A stretch of 64,000 nucleotides of DNA. Source: a bacterium. GTDB taxonomy: Bacteria > UBA8248. A program made the position numbers and the translations under genes. Each line of letters begins with the position of its first letter. Positions within the stretch are counted from its first letter, which is position 1. The notes below the pieces were generated by a model that saw only the letters and a program-made list of their open reading frames with translations, ran no database searches and was not told where the DNA came from. Positions 9,955 to 19,888 of this stretch are shown here, in pieces. The stretch is from contig OZ244799.1 of the NCBI GenBank assembly GCA_965219955.1, forward strand, positions 3,936,001-4,000,000. Direction: 5' to 3'.

Positions 9955-10088
9955 TGTGTAGGGGCCGCATATATGCGGCCCGTCGTTGGAAGGCAAAAAG
10001 GCCGGGTCGCATGTATGCGACCCCTACACACAAACAAATTTTCCCTCGGAGGGGGACTTTTTCAACAACCCCCTCAAGGGGGGAGTGA
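9955..10088. repeat. GTAG...CTAC REP doublet followed by a MITE right end and half of the 185-bp element end
   Basis: GTAGGGGCCGCATATATGCGGCCC ... GGGTCGCATGTATGCGACCCCTAC (similar to 13849-13918), then TTTTTCAACAACCCCCTCAAGGGGGGAGTGA. Confidence 0.75.
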
Positions 10089-10138
10089 AATCCGGCATAC
10101 TTTTTCTGTAGGCTTTTTCAACGCGCTCCGCGCCGGAG

Positions 10139-11788
10139 CTAGCCGAACGGGCGGGCGTGGGAGTAGCCCATCTCCTCGCTCGTGATGAACTCGAGCAGCG
10201 CAGGCGTCCCCTCTTCAGTCACGCGCCTCGCTTCCAGGAAGGCGGGGCCGACCTCGCCCGGCTCCTCCACGCGCTTCGCCCAGCCGCCCAAGGCCCTGGC
10301 GATGTCGGCGTATTCGCCGCCCACGTCGCGCGTGCCGTATTTCTCATGAGAGAGCGCCATGTGGCTGGTCTCCACCGCCATGGTGGAGTTCTTGAGCACC
10401 ACCGTGCAGATGGGCAGGTTCTCGCGCACGGCGGTCTCGAAATCGAGCCCCGTCATGCCGAACGCCGCATCGCCCATGAAGTTCACACAGAATTTATCGG
10501 GCGCGGCGAGTTTCGCGCCCATGGCGAGGCCGAGCCCCGTGCCGAGCTGGTGCGATTTCCCCCAGCCGAGATAAGACCTGGGCGTGTCGCTAAGGTACAT
10601 GGGCAGCATCTCGTACCGCGGGTTCCCCGAATCGTGGGTGGCGATGGCCTCCGCCGCAGGGACGTTCCGCATCAGCTCCCCGATGACGCGGTAGGGGTTG
10701 ATGGGTTTTTCATCCGAAGTGAGCTTGGGTGCCCATTCATCGAGCCAGGCCTTCCGCGCCTCCGCCACCTGCGCCTGCACACTCTTGTCTCTCTCCGCGT
10801 TCTTCACCCGCTCGGCGCAGCAGTCGATGAACTGGCGCAGCACGAGCTTCGCGTCACCGAGCACGGGATGATCGGCGGCGTAATTCTTGTTGATATCTAC
10901 GGAATCGTTCGTCGCGTGGACGATGGTCTTGCCGCCGGGCACGCGCGTGGCGAGGCCGTGGTCGGTGAGGCTCGTGCCGACGGCGAACACGAGGTCCGCG
11001 TCTCTTAGGAAATGATAGGCGGGACCCGCCATGACGCTCGAACCGACGCCGAGGGCGAGGGGGTGGTTCGCTTCCGATATCGCGCTCTTGCCCTCCATGG
11101 TGGTCAACACGGGAACCTGGAGGAGTTCCGCCAGCTCGCGCAACTCATCCGTAGCTTCGGCGTAGAGCACGCCCGCGCCCGCGAGGATCACCGGACGCTT
11201 CGCCTCGACCAGCGCGCCTGCGGCGCTCTCCACGTCTTGGGGATCCGCCTGGGCGCGCGTTCGCTTCACGGGCGTGTAGCTTTCGAGCATATCTTCCGAG
11301 ACTTCCGCCCCCGCCACGTCTTCGGGCAGCTCGACGAGCACGGGGCCGGGGCGCCCGTTCCGCATCGCGTGAAAGGCGCGGCGCATGGCGTCCGCCGCCC
11401 GTTCGGGCACGTTTATCTGCTCGGCCGATTTCGTCACCGAGGCGTAGGAGTCCACGGAACTGAACATGGGGAACACGCGGTCGCGTCCCCTGGCGTGGCC
11501 CAGGGGGAGCAGCAGCATGGGCGTGGAATCCGAATACGCGGTCGAGATGCCCGGAAAGGCGTTTTCCGCCCCCGGCCCGTACTGCATGGTGAAGACGGAA
11601 GGAGAAGCGCCGTTGGTGACGCGGGCGAAGCCGTCCGCGATGCCCACCCCCACGCGCTCCTGACGGCAGACGATGGGCCGGATGCCGATAGCGGCGGCCG
11701 CTTCTATCTGGACGGTGGTGGGGTAGCATTTGAGGTTCCTCACCCCTTCGCGCTTCAGGATTCCGGCGATGACGTCGACGACGCGCAT
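10139..11788 (-). CDS. thiamine pyrophosphate-dependent enzyme (acetolactate synthase-like superfamily)
   Basis: RQERVG, GPGAEN, GRPGPVLVELP and the GDAAFGM...N TPP-binding motif. Confidence 0.9.
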   Translation of the reverse strand: MRVVDVIAGILKREGVRNLKCYPTTVQIEAAAAIGIRPIVCRQERVGVGIADGFARVTNGASPSVFTMQYGPGAENAFPGISTAYSDSTPMLLLPLGHARGRDRVFPMFSSVDSYASVTKSAEQINVPERAADAMRRAFHAMRNGRPGPVLVELPEDVAGAEVSEDMLESYTPVKRTRAQADPQDVESAAGALVEAKRPVILAGAGVLYAEATDELRELAELLQVPVLTTMEGKSAISEANHPLALGVGSSVMAGPAYHFLRDADLVFAVGTSLTDHGLATRVPGGKTIVHATNDSVDINKNYAADHPVLGDAKLVLRQFIDCCAERVKNAERDKSVQAQVAEARKAWLDEWAPKLTSDEKPINPYRVIGELMRNVPAAEAIATHDSGNPRYEMLPMYLSDTPRSYLGWGKSHQLGTGLGLAMGAKLAAPDKFCVNFMGDAAFGMTGLDFETAVRENLPICTVVLKNSTMAVETSHMALSHEKYGTRDVGGEYADIARALGGWAKRVEEPGEVGPAFLEARRVTEEGTPALLEFITSEEMGYSHARPFG

Positions 11789-11979
11789 GTGGCTTCTCCT
11801 ATCGGTTCGGTGGATGCGTTTGTCCGGGGCTTCAGTTTCTCACAAGTTTGGAGTTAAGGAAATTTCCGCGCACGGGGGCGCGCTCGGGCGGTTTTCGCTA
11901 CAATGCGCGACCATCTTGAGAGAATTCATGGGACAGGAGGCGTCGCTCCCGCACCTTTTCAGCAAAAGGAAGCCCGGCC

Positions 11980-12747
11980 ATGGCCAATCGAGAAGCAACC
12001 ACCTACGAAGTCAAGAACCACGTCGCGTATCTCACCCTGAACCGGCCCGAGAAGAAAAACGCCATCAACTACGCCATGCGCAAGGAGGTGCAGGACGCGT
12101 ATGTGGACATCAAGCACAACCCGGACGTCTGGGTGGCCGTCATCACGGCGGCGGGGGACGTATTCTGCTCGGGCAAGGACATCGTGGAGAAGATGCCCGA
12201 GGGCGACGCCCAGGTGATGTCGAACGACGAACTTTATCTGTATCTCCGCTATCTCTACAAGCCCGTCATCTGCGCCATCAACGGCCCCTGTCTGGCCCAG
12301 GGGGCGGGCTTCGCGTTGAACTCGGACATCCTGATTTTTTCAGAGCGCGGGTCCATGGGCTGGCCGCAGGTGCTCCGGGGGATATCCTCGGTGAGCGGCC
12401 CCGCCATGTGCGCGCACGCGATTCCCTGGACGCAGGCGATGAGCTACCTGATGCGCGGCAAGTTCATCCCCGCCGAGGAGTGCCTGCGCTTAGGGATAGC
12501 CACCGAGGTGGTGCCGCACGAGGAACTGCTGCCGACGGCTGTGCGCTACGCGCACGAAATCCTGGAAGCCGCGCCCATGGCGGTCTGCGCCATCAAGGAG
12601 GCGGCGCGCCGGGGCGAGGACCTGGGCTATAAGGACAGGGTCTACATGTCGCGCGACGTGGCGGATCGCATCCTGAACACCGAAGACTCGAAAGAAGGAA
12701 TCCTCGCATTCCGCGAGAAGAGAAAGCCCGAGTGGCGAGGCAGATAG
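11980..12747 (+). CDS. enoyl-CoA hydratase/isomerase family protein
   Basis: LNRPEKKNA, FCSGKD, KPVICAING and EGILAFREKRKP. Confidence 0.9.
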   Translation: MANREATTYEVKNHVAYLTLNRPEKKNAINYAMRKEVQDAYVDIKHNPDVWVAVITAAGDVFCSGKDIVEKMPEGDAQVMSNDELYLYLRYLYKPVICAINGPCLAQGAGFALNSDILIFSERGSMGWPQVLRGISSVSGPAMCAHAIPWTQAMSYLMRGKFIPAEECLRLGIATEVVPHEELLPTAVRYAHEILEAAPMAVCAIKEAARRGEDLGYKDRVYMSRDVADRILNTEDSKEGILAFREKRKPEWRGR

Positions 12748-12809
12748 GCTGCTGTTTCCCTTATTTTTCTCAATACATGCAAGAGCCAATGAAATGGAGA
12801 TGAACCTGG

Positions 12810-13817
12810 ATGAGCGATAAACCCGTGGTCTGGGTGGGAACCCCATTTATCCTGAATTTCGATGACCCGATGGAGATGTTCCAGCCCCTGGTGGACGAGG
12901 GGCTTGAGGTGCGCCTCGACGAGTGCCGGGGCTACATGCCCGAGGAAGACGTCATCGCGGCCCTGCCGGGCGTCACCGCCGTCATCGCGGGGGCGGAGCC
13001 TTATACGGCAGGCGTGATGGATGGCGCCCCCGGGGTGAAAATCATCGTGCGCGCCGGCGTGGGCCTGAACAACGTCGACATACCGGCGGCCACCGAGCGC
13101 GGCATACTCGTGGCGAACTCGGCGGGGCAGAACTCACAGTCCGTGGCGGAGCACCTCTTCGGCATGCTGCTCTGCGCCGTCCGGCGCATCGGCTGGCTGG
13201 ACACAGAAATCAGAAAGGGCCTGTGGCGGGAGATTCAGCCCCCCATGCGCCCGCTCAACGGGATGACGATGGGGATACTGGGGTTCGGGAACATCGGCAA
13301 GCAGGTGGCGAAACGGGCCGTCGCCTTCGACATGAACGTGATCGCCCACGACATCGTGCAAGACGAGGAGACGGCGAATGCGCTGGGCGTGCGCTTCGTG
13401 AGCCTGGAAGAGCTGGCGAGGGAGTCGGACTACCTCACCTGCCACGTGCCCCTGACGCCCGGGACGACGCACATCATCAACCGCGAAATCTTGACCCTCA
13501 TGAAGCCCGACGCCTACGTCTTCAACACCTCGCGGGGGCCCGTTTTCGATCTCGACGCTGTTACGGAAGCTCTTCAAAACGGCGTCATCCGGGGCGCGGG
13601 CATCGACGTGTTCCCCGAGGAGCCGCCCGATTATTCGCATCCCGTCTTCACGCTCGATAACGCCGTGCTCGCCCCCCACTTGGGCGGCCGTGGCGAGGAT
13701 GCGATTCGCAACACCCTCCGCCACACGACCGAGTGCGTCCTCGCCTACTTCCGGGGCGAGCGGCCGTCCACCCTCGTGAATCCCGAAGTCTATGAGGTTC
13801 TGGCAAGGGGGAGGTGA
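12810..13817 (+). CDS. phosphoglycerate dehydrogenase-like 2-hydroxyacid dehydrogenase
   Basis: RAGVGLNNVD, GFGNIG, NTSRGP, GIDVFPEEP and APHLGG. Confidence 0.9.
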   Translation: MSDKPVVWVGTPFILNFDDPMEMFQPLVDEGLEVRLDECRGYMPEEDVIAALPGVTAVIAGAEPYTAGVMDGAPGVKIIVRAGVGLNNVDIPAATERGILVANSAGQNSQSVAEHLFGMLLCAVRRIGWLDTEIRKGLWREIQPPMRPLNGMTMGILGFGNIGKQVAKRAVAFDMNVIAHDIVQDEETANALGVRFVSLEELARESDYLTCHVPLTPGTTHIINREILTLMKPDAYVFNTSRGPVFDLDAVTEALQNGVIRGAGIDVFPEEPPDYSHPVFTLDNAVLAPHLGGRGEDAIRNTLRHTTECVLAYFRGERPSTLVNPEVYEVLARGR

Positions 13818-13848
13818 GGCAGCCTGCGAAACCCCGGTACGTTCCTGT

Positions 13849-14090
13849 GTAGGGGCTGCATACATGCGGCCCATTGTTGGTGGGCGAAAAATCAGGGTCG
13901 CATATATGCGACCCCTACGAAGATTATTTCCCACCGAGGAGAACTCCAAATCAACAGCCCCCGTAGGGGCGGGCCTCTGTGCCCGCCCGTATGGGGGATG
14001 CCTATCCCCGTAGTTTCCTCGGACAGGCACGGATGCCTGTCCCTACGGCGAGCAATCTCGAAGGGTGGACAGGATTTTTTCAACAACCCC
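13849..14090. repeat. cluster of two GTAG...CTAC REP doublets plus a MITE right end
   Basis: Doublets at 13849-13918 and 13963-14046; TTTTTCAACAACCCC ends at 14090. Confidence 0.75.
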
Positions 14091-14101
14091 ATATATGCCC
14101 G

Positions 14102-14560
14102 CTACAACGTCCCGTTGATGGCGTAGTTGAGGATCCGCACCACCTGTTCGGGTTCCTCGGCCACGGCCATGGCGGCGGCGTCGACTTCCTTGAGGGCGTG
14201 GGTGTGGCCCGCGTCGTGCAGGGTGATGAGGGCTTTCCCCAGAGCCGCCGCGTAGCCCGCGTCGAACGCGGCGTTCCACTGCCTGTATTTCTCCCCGAAG
14301 CGCACGACCACCACGTCCGCCTTCTCGATGAGCGTGCGCGTCCTGATGGCGTTCACGCCCGCGCCCTTGCGGTCTTTCCAGAACGGTTTTTCCTCATCGC
14401 CGAGAATCGACACGCCGCAATCGTCGCTCGCGTCGTGGTCCGTGACGGGGGCGAGAAAGGTGATCGGCAGGCCCGCCCTCTCCGCTCCCCCGGTGATGCG
14501 TTCGCGCCAGTCGGTGTGCACTTCCCCGGATAGATAGACCGTCCAACTCGTCTGCGACAT
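14102..14560 (-). CDS. YtoQ family protein (nucleoside 2-deoxyribosyltransferase-like fold)
   Basis: VYLSGEVHTDWRE and KYRQWNAAFDAGYAAALGK. Confidence 0.85.
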   Translation of the reverse strand: MSQTSWTVYLSGEVHTDWRERITGGAERAGLPITFLAPVTDHDASDDCGVSILGDEEKPFWKDRKGAGVNAIRTRTLIEKADVVVVRFGEKYRQWNAAFDAGYAAALGKALITLHDAGHTHALKEVDAAAMAVAEEPEQVVRILNYAINGTL

Positions 14561-14628
14561 GAACCATGCTCCTTATGCATTGAAGATAAATGGTGTGGTT
14601 GATGGAAATTTTTCAGATGGCGCGACGT

Positions 14629-14662
14629 GAAAAACCCCGGCCCTTTCGGACCGGGGTCTTTC
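14629..14662 (-). terminator. intrinsic terminator
   Basis: Minus strand CCCCGGTCC-GAAA-GGGCCGGGG-TTTTTC. Confidence 0.8.
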
Positions 14663-14736
14663 ATCGTTCGGTGACCTGGTGGGGATTCGCCTGGGCGAAG
14701 AATGAACCCATGGGAATCTCCTCAGGGCTCTCTCCC

Positions 14737-14775
14737 CTAGGCGCCGGTCACCTCGTCCCTACAGTGTATTTTCAT
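14737..14775 (-). CDS. putative 12-aa micro-ORF MKIHCRDEVTGA
   Basis: Preceded by AGAAAGGAGGTGATCC and a sigma70-like promoter; followed by a terminator. Confidence 0.45.
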   Translation of the reverse strand: MKIHCRDEVTGA

Positions 14776-14807
14776 ATTAGGATCACCTCCTTTCTGACGT
14801 ACCTGGA

Positions 14808-14836
14808 ATCATCGGGAAAGCGAGGAGAAAAGTCAA
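14808..14836 (-). promoter_or_regulatory. sigma70-like promoter of the small transcript
   Basis: TTGACT-17 nt-GATGAT on the minus strand. Confidence 0.5.
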
Positions 14837-14935
14837 GGCGCAATATGCAGGGCCGACTGACAGCGTGGCGTCCTCCGTGATATACAAAACTCCGCATGGT
14901 CGGCTTGCCGTTTCAGGCGATGGCCCCACTCCCGC

Positions 14936-15028
14936 GGAGAGGTGTCCGAGAGGCCGAAGGAGTACGACTGGAAATCGTATAGGTGCCCACAAGGTGCCTC
15001 GAGGGTTCGAATCCCTCCCTCTCCGCCA
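14936..15028 (+). tRNA. tRNA-Ser(GGA)
   Basis: GGAGAGG/CCTCTCC acceptor stem, anticodon arm TACGA-CTGGAAA-TCGTA, long variable arm, GGTTCGAATCC and encoded CCA. Confidence 0.97.
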
Positions 15029-15173
15029 GTTTTCATACCGGCAGACTTGTCGGGAGAGTTGAGCTGCCCGCATTCTCTTTTCTACGGGCGCGCCGCCCTC
15101 GGAACATACCCCCGGCCGTGCGGATGGAGCAGACGCTTTGCGAAACGCCGCGAAGAACGAGAATAAAACAAGA

Positions 15174-15638
15174 TTGAATTTCTTCCGCCTGGACGCGACC
15201 CAGCAGCTTCCCATAGAACCCGACGCCGCCTGGGCGTTTTTCTCGAATCCCCGGAATCTCGCGGAGATCACGCCGCCCGAACTCCACCTGGTCGTCGAGA
15301 ACGAGTTGCCTTTGAAGATGCACCCCGGCGTCCTCATCTGCTACCGGGTGAAGCCCCTTCTCGGGATTCCGGTGCACTGGGTCACGGAGATCACCCACGT
15401 GGAGGAGGGCAGCTTCTTCGTGGACGAACAGCGCTTCGGCCCCTATCGCTTCTGGCACCACCAGCACCATTTTCAGCCGATCGAAGGAGGCGTCGAGATG
15501 CGCGACATCATCCACTACAAGCTGCCGCTGGGGCCTCTCTCGTTCCTGGTCGACAGCTTCGTGGTGGGGCGGCAACTGCGCCGCATCTTCTCCTACCGCG
15601 AAGAGGCGCTCACGAAGCGCTTCGGGCGGATGAATTGA
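15174..15638 (+). CDS. SRPBCC family protein
   Basis: WAFFSNPRNLAEITPP, WVTEIT and FVDEQRFGPYRFWHHQH; start uncertain (TTG 15174). Confidence 0.85.
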   Translation: MNFFRLDATQQLPIEPDAAWAFFSNPRNLAEITPPELHLVVENELPLKMHPGVLICYRVKPLLGIPVHWVTEITHVEEGSFFVDEQRFGPYRFWHHQHHFQPIEGGVEMRDIIHYKLPLGPLSFLVDSFVVGRQLRRIFSYREEALTKRFGRMN

Positions 15639-15761
15639 ATATGCGCCCCTCTATGGACTTGGAGCGCGACACGCTATAGAACATGAGACACCCGGCGGGA
15701 CGCACATCACCCGGGGCGTCCGGGAACCCTTTCTACTTCATGCACCGTCTGGAGATATCCG

Positions 15762-16592
15762 ATGAAAATCATACTCGCAATCGCTCTCTCGCTATTCATG
15801 GCTTCGGCCTCTTTCGCGCAGGAGATCGCAAAGGAAAAACCCACCAACCCGGTCCTTTTGATGAAGACGAATTTCGGCGACGTCTACATCGAGATGTTCC
15901 CCGAAGAAGCCCCCAAGACGGTGGCGAACTTCATGGACCTTGCCATGGGCAAGCGCGTCTTCGTCGACCACAAGACCAGCGAGAAAGTGAAGCGCCCGTT
16001 CTTTGACGGGCTGAAGTTTCACCGCGTCATCAAGGAGTTCATGATTCAGGGAGGCGACCCCAAGGGAAACGGAACCGGAGGGCCCGGGTACAACTTCGAG
16101 GACGAGATCAACGCCGACGCCCTGGGCCTGCACAAAATGAAGGCCGTGAAGGATGGGCGTCCCCACGCCTTCCTGCCCATCAGGAACCAGAGCGATTTCC
16201 AGCGCACCCTGGTGAATCCCCTGTTCCAGAAGATGGGCATCCGCTCCCAGGCCGACCTCGACAAGCGCAGGGAAGAAGTGAAGAAGCGCATCAACGATCT
16301 CACGCTCAAGGACGCGTACGAGAACATGGGCTACCGCTTCAACGGGAAGCTCAAATCGCGAGCGCCCGTGAAGGGCGTGCTCGCGATGGCGAACTCGGGC
16401 CCCAACACGAACGGCTCGCAGTTTTTCATCAACCTGATCGACACCCCCTGGCTCACCGGCAAGCACACGGTTTTCGGAAAAGTGGTGAAGGGGATGAACG
16501 TGGTGGAGAAAATCGGCGCAACGCCCGTGGGAGCGGGAAGCATGCCGCAACAAGAGGTGCGGATCATCTCGATCCGGCTCCACACGCCCTGA
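15762..16592 (+). CDS. exported cyclophilin-type peptidyl-prolyl isomerase with a large insertion
   Basis: Signal peptide; FHRVIKEFMIQGGDP, AMANSGPNTNGSQFFI and WLTGKHTVFG. Confidence 0.92.
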   Translation: MKIILAIALSLFMASASFAQEIAKEKPTNPVLLMKTNFGDVYIEMFPEEAPKTVANFMDLAMGKRVFVDHKTSEKVKRPFFDGLKFHRVIKEFMIQGGDPKGNGTGGPGYNFEDEINADALGLHKMKAVKDGRPHAFLPIRNQSDFQRTLVNPLFQKMGIRSQADLDKRREEVKKRINDLTLKDAYENMGYRFNGKLKSRAPVKGVLAMANSGPNTNGSQFFINLIDTPWLTGKHTVFGKVVKGMNVVEKIGATPVGAGSMPQQEVRIISIRLHTP

Positions 16593-16595
16593 ATG

Positions 16596-17045
16596 GGGGT
16601 TGTTGGGAAAAGCTGGTCTGCCCCTCCGCAAACCTCCAACGCCTTTTTCCTCACCCTGAGTAGCCGCCGAAGGCGGCGTATCGAAGGGCGAGAGGGCATC
16701 CTTCGATACGCGGCTCCGCCGCTACTCAGGATGAGGCGGAGAGGGTTTTTCAACAGCCCCTTTGAGGGTCTGGCTTCCCGAGGGGAAAGCCAGACGATGA
16801 AGCCGAGCGGTTTGTGCGAAGGCCGATTCGGTGGGGGGTAAAATGCGTTTTCTTGCCATCCGAATTATCCCCCCCACCGATTCGCTTGCGGGCTTACGCC
16901 CTTAGCTCATCAACTCCCCCTCAAGGGGGGAGTGATTCCTTTCTTCTCGGTTGCCGATGACCCTCAAGGAGGGAATGGTTGTTGAGTGCTCTCAAGGGGA
17001 GAGTGAAATTTAGCGCGCTCCTTCTATGGGCTTTTTCAACAACGC
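16596..17045. repeat. nested repeat cluster (MITE ends, CCTGAGTAG element, 185-bp element, decayed ends)
   Basis: Bracketed unit 16596-16760 contains 16649-16736; 185-bp element at 16757-16935; fragments continue to 17045. Confidence 0.75.
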
Positions 17046-17059
17046 CCGCGCGCAAAAGG

Positions 17060-17668
17060 CTACATCTCGCGGCGGCCTTCGAGTGAGCGGGTGAGCGTCA
17101 TCTCGTCCGCGTATTCGAGATGGCTGCCCATGGGGAGGCCGTGCGCCAACTGGGTGACGCGCACGCCGAGCGGCTTGAGCACCTGTGCGAGATAGAGAGA
17201 AGTCCCCTCTCCCGCCATGTTTGGGTTCAGGGCCAGGATCACCTCTTTCACATCACTCGCCTTCACCCGCTCGATGAGCTTGGCGACGGTGAGGTCTTCG
17301 GGGTCCACGCCGTCCAAGGGGGAGATGACGCCCATCAGCACGTGGTAGCGGCCCTTCACGCCGCCCGCGCGCTCAACGGCGAAGACGTCCGCGGGTTCTT
17401 CCACCACGCAGATGACGCTCGGGTCGCGCGCGCCGCAAACCGAGCAGTCAATCCCGCCCGCTTCGCCTTCCACGAGCATCGAGCACGTGCCGCACAGGCC
17501 CACCTTTTCATGAAGCGCCTCGCAAGAGGCGGCGATTTTCCCGGCGGCATCGGGGTCCTTGCCCAAAAGGTGAAAAACGATCCGCTGCGCGCTCTTCGGC
17601 CCCACTCCCGGAAGGCGGCGGAACGCCTCGATGCACTCTTCTATGGCGGGAAAGCGGCTCAGCTGCAT
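17060..17668 (-). CDS. recR: recombination mediator RecR
   Basis: LPGVGPKSAQR, C4 zinc finger, ICVVEEPAD and LEYADEMTL. Confidence 0.96.
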   Translation of the reverse strand: MQLSRFPAIEECIEAFRRLPGVGPKSAQRIVFHLLGKDPDAAGKIAASCEALHEKVGLCGTCSMLVEGEAGGIDCSVCGARDPSVICVVEEPADVFAVERAGGVKGRYHVLMGVISPLDGVDPEDLTVAKLIERVKASDVKEVILALNPNMAGEGTSLYLAQVLKPLGVRVTQLAHGLPMGSHLEYADEMTLTRSLEGRREM

Positions 17669-17759
17669 GGCGTTTTCTCACTCGCGTTTCAGGCGGCGGC
17701 CCGGAGCGACGATAATGGCGATATGAAAACGATGAGCGGCGCAGAGGCCGCGCACCTGT

Positions 17760-18077
17760 TCAGAACATGCCGGGAATGGGCAGGCCGCCGGTGAGTTTCT
17801 TCATCTCCTCGGACATCATGTCCTTGCCTTTTCGGGACGCCTCGTTGCACGCGGCGCGCACCAGGTCTTCGAGCATCTCCACGTCGTCGGGGTCGACCAC
17901 CTGCGGGTCTATCTTCACCGAGATCACGTCGCCCGCCCCGTTGGCGACCACGTTCACCATGCCGCCTCCGGCGGAAGCCTCCACCGTCTTCGCCGCCATC
18001 TCCTCCTGAAGCTTGGCCATCTTGTCCTGGATCTGGCGCGCCTGTTTCATCAGATTGCCGATGCCGCCTTTTAACAT
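17760..18077 (-). CDS. ybaB: YbaB/EbfC nucleoid-associated protein
   Basis: MKQAR..Q, ASAGGGMV and EMLEDLV; lies between dnaX and recR. Confidence 0.95.
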   Translation of the reverse strand: MLKGGIGNLMKQARQIQDKMAKLQEEMAAKTVEASAGGGMVNVVANGAGDVISVKIDPQVVDPDDVEMLEDLVRAACNEASRKGKDMMSEEMKKLTGGLPIPGMF

Positions 18078-18108
18078 GAGAATCTCCCCGAGGTGTTTCC
18101 CTCACCAC

Positions 18109-19836
18109 TCAAGCGTATGAATTTCCACCCGATTTTCGCATCCGCCCCTGGCGAATGTCGACTATCTTTCCGTTGAACAAGTCCATGATTTCCTGAATTA
18201 CCGCCTCTTCATTCTCATCCGGTTTCCGGCCACGCGCATTGCTCGTTTCCCCGGCTCCCTGTCCGGTTTGCGAACCCGCTCCATTTTCCGCGCCCGCTAT
18301 CTCGACCCTGGCGCTCCAGGGGGAATGCTCCCGGAAAAACTCCTCGATTTCGGGCAGCACCTCCTGCGCCAAGTGCAGTCCCTGCGCGTTCCGGTTCTCC
18401 CGGGCGAGAACCACGCGGATGGTTCCTTCGGTTTCGAGGTCGAGCTCGACGCCGTGAAAGAGCGGGCGCCTCATCGGACGCAAGGCCTCCACCGCTCCCG
18501 TCCAGACGCGCCGCGCCTGAACGGTGTTCCACTCCTGTGTTTCTATATGCGCGACGGGAGAATCTCCCGAAGCAGGCTCGGTCGCAGGCGGCGGGGCGGG
18601 CGCCGTGGTTTCCCGGGGAACCGGAGGCGGCGCGGCGGCTGGAGTTTCCGCCCTCGTCGAGGGGGCGCGCGGGGGATTCGGCGCCGCTCCCCCGCTCATG
18701 GATTCGAGCCTCTCCATCAATGCGCCCAAATCCGCAATCGGCTCAATCTGGCACATGCGCAGAATCGCGACTTCGAGCGTCATGCGGGGATGATCCGAAG
18801 TCCTGAGTTCGAACTCCGCTCCCTGCAGAATGGAATACGCCTGATGCGCCTCGGTGAAACTCATCTTCGCGGCCACCTGCTTGCGTTCTTCGATCTCCGA
18901 AGCCGCCACGTCGAAGAGCGCCTCATCGTCGCCTGCCGATAAGAGCACCATGCAGTCGCGCAGATACTCGAGCAGGTTCGCGGAGAAGAGCTTGAGATCG
19001 TGGCCCGCGTCGAAGAGACCCTTGAGCTCGGTGAGCGCCCTGTTCCCGTCGCGCTCGATCACCGCCTCGACCAGGGCTTTATAAATGCTGCCCGAGGGCA
19101 CCCCGAGCACCTTTTCCACTTCTTCACCCGATACCGGATCCTCGGCGGCGAAAGCCAGCACCTGGTCGAGCAGGGATTGCGCATCGCGGATGCTGCCCTC
19201 CCCCATCCGCGCCAGCAGCTTGACGGCCGCCTCGTCCATCTTCCTGCCCTGCGCCTCGACGATCTTAGAAAGATGTTCCGCGATGACGGAAGTCGTGATC
19301 CTCCGGAACTCGAACACCTGGCAGCGGCTTAAAATGGTGTCGGGGACGTTCTTGATCTCCGTGGTGGCCAGGATGAAAACGACGTGGGGCGGGGGTTCTT
19401 CGAGCGTTTTCAAGAGCGCGTTGAAGGAGCTTTTCGAGAGCATGTGCACTTCATCGAAAATCACCGTCTTGTAGCGCCCGCGCGCGGGCTGGTAGCGAAG
19501 GCCCTCGCGCAGTTCGCGCACGTTGTCCACACCCGTATAGGTGGCGGCGTCGATCTCCAGAATATCCGGGTGGCTTCCCCCGGTGATCTCCTCGCACGAT
19601 GAGCACTCGTTGCACGGCTCGGGCAGAGGCCCGTCTCCCGATTCGCAGTTGAGCGCCTTGGCGAGAATGCGCGCGGTGGTCGTTTTGCCGACACCGCGCG
19701 TTCCGCTGAACAGGTAGGCGGACGCGACGCGCCCCGAGGCGAGCGCGTTCGAGAGCGTTCGCCGGATGTGCTCCTGGCCGATGAGTTCTTCGAAACGCTG
19801 CGGACGCCATTTCCTGGCGCTACCGATGAAGGCCAT
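18109..19836 (-). CDS. dnaX: DNA polymerase III subunit gamma/tau
   Basis: ARKWRPQRF, GTRGVGKTT, DEVHML, LLKTLEEPP and SRC; start at ATG 19836. Confidence 0.96.
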   Translation of the reverse strand: MAFIGSARKWRPQRFEELIGQEHIRRTLSNALASGRVASAYLFSGTRGVGKTTTARILAKALNCESGDGPLPEPCNECSSCEEITGGSHPDILEIDAATYTGVDNVRELREGLRYQPARGRYKTVIFDEVHMLSKSSFNALLKTLEEPPPHVVFILATTEIKNVPDTILSRCQVFEFRRITTSVIAEHLSKIVEAQGRKMDEAAVKLLARMGEGSIRDAQSLLDQVLAFAAEDPVSGEEVEKVLGVPSGSIYKALVEAVIERDGNRALTELKGLFDAGHDLKLFSANLLEYLRDCMVLLSAGDDEALFDVAASEIEERKQVAAKMSFTEAHQAYSILQGAEFELRTSDHPRMTLEVAILRMCQIEPIADLGALMERLESMSGGAAPNPPRAPSTRAETPAAAPPPVPRETTAPAPPPATEPASGDSPVAHIETQEWNTVQARRVWTGAVEALRPMRRPLFHGVELDLETEGTIRVVLARENRNAQGLHLAQEVLPEIEEFFREHSPWSARVEIAGAENGAGSQTGQGAGETSNARGRKPDENEEAVIQEIMDLFNGKIVDIRQGRMRKSGGNSYA

Positions 19837-19888
19837 CAAGAATCCATCCCAAGGATTTCCGCCGTTGAGGGGCCCCATACCCCCATGA

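Noticed and set aside
14780-14795. 16S rRNA gene or fragment (GGATCACCTCCTTTCT)
   Set aside because: No other 16S sequence flanks it; it reads better as an SD on the minus strand.
14936-15100. Genomic island integrated at tRNA-Ser
   Set aside because: No integrase lies nearby and I saw no duplicated tRNA 3' end in the window.
18109-19836. Programmed -1 frameshift site in dnaX
   Set aside because: I saw no A AAA AAG-type slippery sequence or long A run in the coding strand.
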